In this document: positions 57,821 through 64,000 of the stretch, one piece after another | How positions within the stretch are numbered: position 1 is the stretch's first letter | How the letters are laid out: every line of letters begins with the position of its first letter | Assembly (NCBI GenBank): GCA_963819655.1 | Contig: CAWFXA010000002.1 | Span: 64,001 to 128,000 of the forward strand | Reading direction: 5' to 3' | Length of the DNA: 64,000 nucleotides | Origin: an uncultured Chloroflexia bacterium | GTDB taxonomy: Bacteria; Chloroflexota; Limnocylindria; Limnocylindrales; CSP1-4 | The notes under the pieces: generated by a model | The model's input: the letters and a program-made list of their open reading frames with translations, nothing else | Told to the model about the DNA's origin: nothing | Database searches by the model: none | Made by a program: the position numbers and the translations under genes

Positions 57821-59548
57821 TCAGACGGGCCCCGGCGGAACCGTCCGTGCACCCGCCGTCACGAGCAGCTCCGACCCGTGCTGGAGGCCCTCGTACAGCG
57901 CCGTGACGGTCGCCACCGTGTCGATCTCGTCGACGGTCTTGTCGGGTCTGAGCGCGTGGATCCTCGGGAAGCGAAGACTGAAACCGGATCCGTGTCGCTT
58001 GCTCCGGACGATCACGTCGAAGGCGATCTCGACCACCACGGTCGGCTCGACCTGACGGTAGCGGCCGAACCGGGCGATCGTGTGCGCCTCGAACCATTCG
58101 GTCATCTCGGCGATCTCGGCGTCGGTCAGCCCGCTGTAGGCCTTGCCGATGTTGACGAGCTTGCCGGTCTCCTCGTCGCGGACCGCGAAGGTGTAGTCGG
58201 ACAGCACGCCGTGGCGTTTCCCGTGACCGACCTCGACGCCGACGACCACGCAGTCGATCGTCGCGAGCGCCTTCTTCATCTTCAGCCAGCCCAGCCCGCG
58301 CCGGCCCGGCGAGTAGCCACTCGTGGGGTCCTTGACCATGAGGCCCTCGTTGCGCCGGCCGCGCGCGTCGGCGAATGCGACTTCGAGGGCGTCCGCATCG
58401 CGCGCCACGCCGAGGTGCGACCGCGTGAAGTGCCCGCCGTCCTCGACCAGTGGCAGGTCGATCCGGTCGAGCCGCTCGCGGCGCGTGCGGAGCGGCTCGC
58501 GCAGCAGCGGGTCGACGGTGGCGTCGCCGTCTGAGTCGTCACCGGGCCCGACTGCGAGCAGGTCGAAGGCCACATACACGACCGGGATGTCGGTCCTGAT
58601 CTGGTCGGACGGCGTCTTGCGGCCAAGGCGTGCCTGAAGGCTGATGAACGGCAGCACGAAGCCATCCTTGTAGGCGAGGATCTCGCCGTCGATGACGCCG
58701 GTCCAGCGCAGCGGCCGCGCGGCTTCGACGATCTCGGGGAACTGGTTGCTCACGTCGTGGAGGTCCCGTGAGTAGAGGCGGACGTCCGAACCGCGCTTGT
58801 GCAGCTGGGCGCGGATCCCGTCGTACTTGTCCTCGACCCAGACCTCGGGTCCGAGGCGGCCGATGATCTCGTCGGCGTCCTCCGCTGGTGACGCGAGCAT
58901 GAACTTGAGCGGGTGGAACAGCGCGAGCTCCGCGTCACCGAGCTTGTCGTCGCGCGCGAGGGCTGCCAGCCGGCCCATGTCGCCGGTCAGCATGCCGGCC
59001 CATTTGACGTCCTCGATCGGTCGGCCGAAGGCTTTGGCGATCGCGGCCTCGACCAGGCCGTCGCGCAGCCCGATGCGCAACTCGCCGCCGAGCACTTTCA
59101 CGATGGCCTTCGCCGTCCGCGGGTCGGCGCGCACGAGGAGCGCGTGCAGCAGCTCTGCCTTGGCGGCCGACCCAGAGGCAGTCTCGATCGCCGCGAACGC
59201 GGCGGCCACGTCGGGGAGCGTCGGGCTCACCTCGGGAGGCGGGGCGTGGCCGGCTCGTGTCAGGACGTCCGCGACCGACAGGCTCAGGTCCGAGTGGCGG
59301 TCGTACGCCTCCGCGAGGTCCTCGCGGGTGGCGCCGGTGAGCGTGCCGACTGCCGCCACGATCGACGACCACCCGAGGCCGGTGGTCCGCTGGTCGGTTT
59401 CAGGGAAGGGCCGCCCGGTCAGGAAGACGGCCGCGATCGGCAGCTCCTCGGGGCTCAGGCTGCGCAGGTAGTCGGCCAGCAGGGCGGTCTTCTCGGATGT
59501 CCGGGTCGTGGCCGCCACGCGCTCGGCCAGCTCGCTCCAGCGGCGCAT
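57821..59548 (-). CDS. ligB: ATP-dependent DNA ligase (LigB type)
   Basis: EDKYDGIRAQLH adenylation motif, IDGE, FDLL, EGLMVK, WLKMK, LRFPRI. Confidence 0.93.
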   Translation of the reverse strand: MRRWSELAERVAATTRTSEKTALLADYLRSLSPEELPIAAVFLTGRPFPETDQRTTGLGWSSIVAAVGTLTGATREDLAEAYDRHSDLSLSVADVLTRAGHAPPPEVSPTLPDVAAAFAAIETASGSAAKAELLHALLVRADPRTAKAIVKVLGGELRIGLRDGLVEAAIAKAFGRPIEDVKWAGMLTGDMGRLAALARDDKLGDAELALFHPLKFMLASPAEDADEIIGRLGPEVWVEDKYDGIRAQLHKRGSDVRLYSRDLHDVSNQFPEIVEAARPLRWTGVIDGEILAYKDGFVLPFISLQARLGRKTPSDQIRTDIPVVYVAFDLLAVGPGDDSDGDATVDPLLREPLRTRRERLDRIDLPLVEDGGHFTRSHLGVARDADALEVAFADARGRRNEGLMVKDPTSGYSPGRRGLGWLKMKKALATIDCVVVGVEVGHGKRHGVLSDYTFAVRDEETGKLVNIGKAYSGLTDAEIAEMTEWFEAHTIARFGRYRQVEPTVVVEIAFDVIVRSKRHGSGFSLRFPRIHALRPDKTVDEIDTVATVTALYEGLQHGSELLVTAGARTVPPGPV

Positions 59549-59574
59549 GGCGGGGATGGTATACGGTTCCGCCG

Positions 59575-60276
59575 ATGGCGCCGCGAACATGGTTTCCGGA
59601 GGTCCTGACGGGGTCGCTCGTTGTGCTGCGCCGTCACGCGCCGGAGAACCTCGAGGCCTTCCGGCGGTGGTACTCGGATCCGGAGATCGCCCGGCTGGCT
59701 CGCTACCAGGAAGCGCCGATGCGCGCCGAGGAGATCGAGCGGTTCTTCACGGCACGGGTCGTCGGTTCGGACGCGCTCGCGATGGCCATCCACGTCCGCG
59801 GCTCGGATCGCCTCGTCGGCACGTGCGCGTTCAGCCAGCTCGACGGGGATAACGGCTCCGCCCTCTATCACATCACGATCGGCGAGAAGGACGCCTGGGG
59901 CCGCGGCTACGGGACAGAGGCGACGCGCCTGATGCTCGAGCATGCGTTCGGTCCGCTGGGCCTGCATCGCATCGCGCTCTTCGTGTTCGAGTTCAACGAG
60001 CGGGCCATCCGGACGTACAAGCGGAGCGGTTTCGTCATCGAGGGGCGGGCGCGCGAGTCGATCTTCCGGGACGGTCGCTGGTGGGACGAGCTCGCGATGA
60101 GCGTGCTCGAGTCGGACTGGCGGCGGCTCCGTGCGGCCGAGATCGAGGATGACGCGGAGCGCGACGGCCTCCGCGAAGAAGCCGAAGCAGTCGGTGCGGA
60201 GACGGTGGGCTCGATGCCACAGCCGCCCCATCGGACGAGCGAGCTCATCCGGAGGACGGTCAGGAGGTTCTCGTGA
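59575..60276 (+). CDS. GNAT family N-acetyltransferase (RimJ/RimL-like)
   Basis: WGRGYGTEA, LHRIALFV, NERAIRTYKRSGFVIEG. Confidence 0.9.
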   Translation: MAPRTWFPEVLTGSLVVLRRHAPENLEAFRRWYSDPEIARLARYQEAPMRAEEIERFFTARVVGSDALAMAIHVRGSDRLVGTCAFSQLDGDNGSALYHITIGEKDAWGRGYGTEATRLMLEHAFGPLGLHRIALFVFEFNERAIRTYKRSGFVIEGRARESIFRDGRWWDELAMSVLESDWRRLRAAEIEDDAERDGLREEAEAVGAETVGSMPQPPHRTSELIRRTVRRFS

Positions 60277-60551
60277 CGAGTGTCGGCCCGCGAGCCGACT
60301 CGGCCCGTGGGGACGTGCGTGACCTGATCGTCGCGAAGGGCCACACGGTGGACAACGCCCGGGCCATCGTCGTGCGGCTCGAGAAGGCCTTCGACGACGG
60401 CTCGCTGGTCCTGACGTCCGAGCTCGAGCGATACCTGACTGACCTGAAGCTCGCGCTCGACCAGGACGAGGGCGAGAAGCTCGGCGGCAAGAGCGCCGAG
60501 GCGGCCAGGTTCATCCTCCGGGCCCTCGATCGGGAGCTGGATAACGCGTAG
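60273..60551 (+). CDS. Small helical hypothetical protein
   Basis: AGGAGG RBS and GTGA overlap with the GNAT stop. Confidence 0.75.
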   Translation: MTSVGPRADSARGDVRDLIVAKGHTVDNARAIVVRLEKAFDDGSLVLTSELERYLTDLKLALDQDEGEKLGGKSAEAARFILRALDRELDNA

Positions 60552-60570
60552 GGCCACAGCGACCGGGCGG

Positions 60571-60629
60571 GCACCCGGCGCCCCGTCGCCCGCGCCCGGC
60601 GCCCCGACCCGCGCCCGGCGCCCCGACCC
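60571..60629. repeat. Short GC-rich tandem repeat
   Basis: GCGCCCGGCGCCCCGACCC twice plus one degenerate copy. Confidence 0.7.
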
Positions 60630-60818
60630 TGAAATACGCGCATCAGGACAACCCTATGTCGCCCGCGAAGCTGGTCGAGGTCGCGACGCGGGCGGGTTCG
60701 GCGCCGATGCTGCGATTTCGTTGCTTCCCACGCACGACTTCGACGCGGATGTGGGGCTCGACCGGTCGGCATCGACGAGGCGGTCAACATAAGGTCGTGG
60801 TGATGCGCGTTATGTCAG
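60629..60818. mobile_element. About 190-bp MITE/REPIN-like element with ~34-bp imperfect terminal inverted repeats
   Basis: Left end CTGAAATA-CGCGCATCAGGACAACCCTATGT versus reverse complement of right end CTGACATAACGCGCATCACCACGACCTTATGT. Inner pair GTCGAGGTCG/CGACTTCGAC. Confidence 0.6.
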
Positions 60819-60863
60819 TTCGCCGATCGGCGACGGCCGGCGCCTGACACTGGGCGCTGCCCG

Positions 60864-61256
60864 TCAGCAGGCTTGCGCGTCGCCGACCCACCACGCCGGC
60901 ACGCCGTTCCCTGTCGTGAGCGTGCCGTCTTCCGCCACGTCGACCCACATGACGAGCGCATTCTCCTCACCTGGAATACGGCCGAGCAGGCGTTGCGGCT
61001 GGCCGCCATCGCTGGGCGACCGATCGAACGACAGGAGCTCCGACCCGGCCGGACCGGTCAGGCACGCCACACCGATGTCGGCTCCGAAGCCGACGGTCTC
61101 CGGCGGATCGCCGATGGGCGTGACGCCGAACCACGCCATAGCCCGTCCCTCGTTCCGCCCGTAGAGGGTGAGCCTGCCCTGGGGTCGTGGATCGAAACCG
61201 GCGCACGCAGCCAGGATCATCAACGCGACGAAGAGCACGATCGCGCGGCGGACCAC
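60864..61256 (-). CDS. Hypothetical lipoprotein
   Basis: Lipobox ILAAC and TACACT box 6 nt before the GTG. Confidence 0.7.
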   Translation of the reverse strand: MVRRAIVLFVALMILAACAGFDPRPQGRLTLYGRNEGRAMAWFGVTPIGDPPETVGFGADIGVACLTGPAGSELLSFDRSPSDGGQPQRLLGRIPGEENALVMWVDVAEDGTLTTGNGVPAWWVGDAQAC

Positions 61257-61353
61257 CTGCTGAGTGTAGGTCGGTCCTGCACGGTGTCGCGACATCCCAG
61301 CCGCGCCTAGACCTAGACTGAGCGTCCCCGCAAGTAGCACTCGGAGGCCATCT

Positions 61354-62304
61354 GTGACCGACCTCAAGACCGGCATCCTGCTGTGGAGCCAGGGTGCCAC
61401 GTGGCCCGAGATGCTCGATGCGGCCAAGCGCGTCGACCGGCTGGGCTACGACCATGTCTGGACTTGGGACCACATCTACGCCATCTTCGGCGACCCGTAC
61501 CAGCCGATCGTCGAAGGTTGGACGACGCTTGCCGCCTGGGCGATGGCGACAGAGAAGGCACGGCTGGGACTGCTCGTCGGCGCGAACACGTTCCGTAACC
61601 CGGGTCTCACCGCGAAGCTGGCCGCGACGCTGGATCACATCAGCGACGGCCGGGCGATCCTGGGGATCGGCGGGGCGTGGTTCGAGCTCGAGCATACCGC
61701 CCACGGCATCGACTTCGGGTCCGGCTTCGGCCAGCGGCTCGACTGGATGGACGAGGCCGTCGCTGCGATGCGCACCGTGCTCGATGGCGGATCGGTCACC
61801 TCGCCCCCCGGCGGTCGCTATGCCTTCGACGACCTGCGCCACCAGCCCCTACCGGTCCAGCGCCGGCTGCCGATCATGATCGGTGGCAGCGGCGAGAAGA
61901 AGACGCTCCGGACCGTCGCCAGGTACGCGGACATGTGGAACGCGATGGGGCCGCTCGACGTGATGGCGCACAAGGTCGACGTGCTCAAGCGCCACTGCGA
62001 CGACGTCGGCCGCGATATCGCCGAGATCGAATTCACGCTCGGGGTGAAGTTCACGATCCGCGACAGCGAAGCCGAGGCCGATCGGGTCTGGAAGGCCAAT
62101 ATGGAGCACAACAAGACGCCGATGTCCGAGGTGGAGGACGACGACACGTTCTGGAACGGGACACCCGAGCAGCTGGCGGACAGGCTTCGCCCGTACGTCG
62201 ACCTCGGGTTCCGCACCGTCATCTCCGAGCAGCCGGCGCCATACGACGTCGAGACGTTCGAGCGGTTCATCGGCGAGGTGAAGCCGCTGATCGAGCAGGG
62301 CTAG
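61354..62304 (+). CDS. LLM-class F420-dependent oxidoreductase (Rv1855c-like)
   Basis: VWTWDH, EGWTTLAA, FRNPGLTAK..ATLDHISDGR, PIMIGGSGEKKTLR..ARYADMWN. Confidence 0.9.
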   Translation: MTDLKTGILLWSQGATWPEMLDAAKRVDRLGYDHVWTWDHIYAIFGDPYQPIVEGWTTLAAWAMATEKARLGLLVGANTFRNPGLTAKLAATLDHISDGRAILGIGGAWFELEHTAHGIDFGSGFGQRLDWMDEAVAAMRTVLDGGSVTSPPGGRYAFDDLRHQPLPVQRRLPIMIGGSGEKKTLRTVARYADMWNAMGPLDVMAHKVDVLKRHCDDVGRDIAEIEFTLGVKFTIRDSEAEADRVWKANMEHNKTPMSEVEDDDTFWNGTPEQLADRLRPYVDLGFRTVISEQPAPYDVETFERFIGEVKPLIEQG

Positions 62305-62476
62305 GAAGGCGTCCGCAGCGCGGCACCCGAGGACCAGGTTCGTGCCCTTATCGCCGAGGTCGAGCGCGTGGCGGAGATCCCGCGCGCGATCCATGAAGGC
62401 CCGCCGATCGAGGTGCACGGGAGGGTCGTCGCCCCCGCCTGAGCGGGCCGCTGGGCGCGCCCCGCCGCCCGATCCG

Positions 62477-63664
62477 TCAGGCGGCGACCGACCCCAGGAT
62501 CGCTCGTGCCTCGTCGAGCGACGGCAAGCGCGGCGAGTTCCGGATCGCGGCGTCGTCGATGGCGTCCTGCGCGACGACGTCGAGGGCGGCGTCGTCGAAG
62601 CCGAGGGCGGCCAGGCGGTGGCGCTGCCCGACACCCGCCAGGAACCGGCGCAGTTCGCCGATCGCCGCGCCCGCGGCGGTCGCCGGCTGCTCGGTCAAGC
62701 TGGCAGCCCGGATCGCGACCCCGACGAGCGCGAGCTCGCGATCACGCAACCCGGGCTCCGCCGCGTAGAACCCGAGAACTTCCGGCAATACGGCCGCGAG
62801 GGCCGTCCCATGCGCCAGCCGACCGCGCGTGCCGAGCGCGTGCCCGAGGGCGTGGATGAGCCCGACCCCCGTCCCGCTCGCCTGCCCGACCCCGGCCAGA
62901 TGCGCGGCCATGAGCATCTGCGACCGCGCCTCGAGGTCCGTGCCGTCGGCCACGGCCTGCGGCAGCCATTCAACGACGTTTCGGATAACGCCGAGGGCCG
63001 TCGTCTCAGCGAACGGGTTTCCGTTCCGCGACAGCAGCGATTCCAGGGAGTGCGTCAGCGCGTCGACGCCGGTCGCGGCAGTCACCCCGGCCGGCAACCC
63101 GACCGTCAGCCCCGGATCCAGAATGGTCGTGACCGGCAGCAGCGACCTGTGCCCGATGTAATCCTTGCGCCCGATCTCCTCGTGCGTGATGACCGCGAAC
63201 GGGTGGGCTTCGGAACCGGTCCCAGCCGTGGTCGGCACGGCGACGATCGGTCGGCCGGGTGCCAGCGTCGGCCCGTCGTACTCGATCTCCCACAGGGGTG
63301 TGTCGTTGGCAGCTCGGAGCGCGATCGCCTTGGCCGCGTCCATCGCGGATCCGCCGCCGAGTGCCACGACCACTGTCCCATCCAGGCCAAGGGCCCGCAG
63401 CGTCGTCGCGCCAAGCTCCACGGTCGCGCCGGACGGATTCGGCTCGACGCTGCTGAACATCGTGGTCTCGATCGAGGCGGCATCGAGGACGTCGAGCGCA
63501 TCGGCGGCGATACCCGCGACGACGACCCCCGGATCGGTCACGAGGAAGGCCCGCGAGCCACCGGCTGCCTCAACCAGCTCGGGGAGTCGCCGCAGCGAAC
63601 CGACCCCGAACACGACCCGGTTGCGCAGCGTGATCTCGATCTCGCGATCGGCCAGTCGGGTCAC
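62477..63664 (-). CDS. Iron-containing (type III) alcohol dehydrogenase
   Basis: GGGSAMDAAK, PTTAGTGSE, DALTHSLES, HALGH, AHG. Confidence 0.92.
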   Translation of the reverse strand: MTRLADREIEITLRNRVVFGVGSLRRLPELVEAAGGSRAFLVTDPGVVVAGIAADALDVLDAASIETTMFSSVEPNPSGATVELGATTLRALGLDGTVVVALGGGSAMDAAKAIALRAANDTPLWEIEYDGPTLAPGRPIVAVPTTAGTGSEAHPFAVITHEEIGRKDYIGHRSLLPVTTILDPGLTVGLPAGVTAATGVDALTHSLESLLSRNGNPFAETTALGVIRNVVEWLPQAVADGTDLEARSQMLMAAHLAGVGQASGTGVGLIHALGHALGTRGRLAHGTALAAVLPEVLGFYAAEPGLRDRELALVGVAIRAASLTEQPATAAGAAIGELRRFLAGVGQRHRLAALGFDDAALDVVAQDAIDDAAIRNSPRLPSLDEARAILGSVAA

Positions 63665-63906
63665 GGTAGGACCTCGAGCACCTGGTCGATGCTCGTGTCG
63701 CGCCGCACGGTCAGCCAGCGTCGGCAGCCGTGGGCGTGGAACCAACGCTCGGTGGTCTGGCCATCGGGGTTCTCGAACACCCAGACCTCGTCGTAATCCC
63801 GCTCGTCGGGATCGGTGATGGAGTTCGGGACCACACGGCGTTCGCCGCCGAACGTGAACTCCTCGAGCGGCCGCCGACCGCAGCGCGGGCAATCGAGCCA
63901 GAGCAT
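63661..63906 (-). CDS. soxD: Heterotetrameric sarcosine oxidase delta subunit
   Basis: CPRCGRRPLEEFTFGGE, NPDG..ERWFHAHGCRRW...RDT (Cys3His Zn site). Confidence 0.9.
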   Translation of the reverse strand: MLWLDCPRCGRRPLEEFTFGGERRVVPNSITDPDERDYDEVWVFENPDGQTTERWFHAHGCRRWLTVRRDTSIDQVLEVLP

Positions 63907-64000
63907 CAGCGCGTCCCCGCCGAGCCCTGGTCGGCGATCGCGTGGTCGCGCCGGAATCGATCGAGGGCGAACGGCGCGATGAGAGCCGGCGTGCGGCCCG
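63906..64000 (-). CDS. soxB: Sarcosine oxidase beta subunit, C-terminal end (partial)
   Basis: ...PALIAPFALDRFRRDHAIADQGSAGTR*, with the stop overlapping the soxD ATG. Confidence 0.65.
   Translation of the reverse strand, partial: GRTPALIAPFALDRFRRDHAIADQGSAGTR

Overview
High-GC, gene-dense bacterial chromosomal segment with about 70 CDS and 2 tRNAs. It has no rRNA, CRISPR array or recognisable transposase/integrase. Gene style suggests a Chloroflexota- or Actinomycetota-like soil/freshwater organism (inference only). At least seven single-base frame breaks in otherwise intact genes point to an unpolished long-read consensus. Main content: a DNA-binding-HTH/GAF/GGDEF cyclase; a polar amino-acid ABC transporter; a WYL-CAP-HD dNTPase locus; an XRE-PD-(D/E)XK nuclease gene beside nested repeats; a nicotinate-catabolism-like operon (Ndh-like Mo-hydroxylase and enamidase) in which an LLM/F420-type oxidoreductase sits where the 6-hydroxynicotinate reductase would be expected; an accessory stretch around tRNA-Arg(UCG) with a tRNA-Pro 3' remnant; HD-GYP, kynA, a stand-alone bcsA and pntAB; an RCK-gated channel with a non-canonical filter; a LAL regulator facing a small-peptide/structured-RNA unit; a rare tRNA-Ile(UAU); a Cys-free C-S lyase/Cys-free rhodanese pair; an ATP-dependent DNA ligase; and soxB/soxD. 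Many genes appear leaderless, including three back-to-back pairs sharing one bidirectional -10 element. All family assignments come from motif recognition by eye, not database searches.
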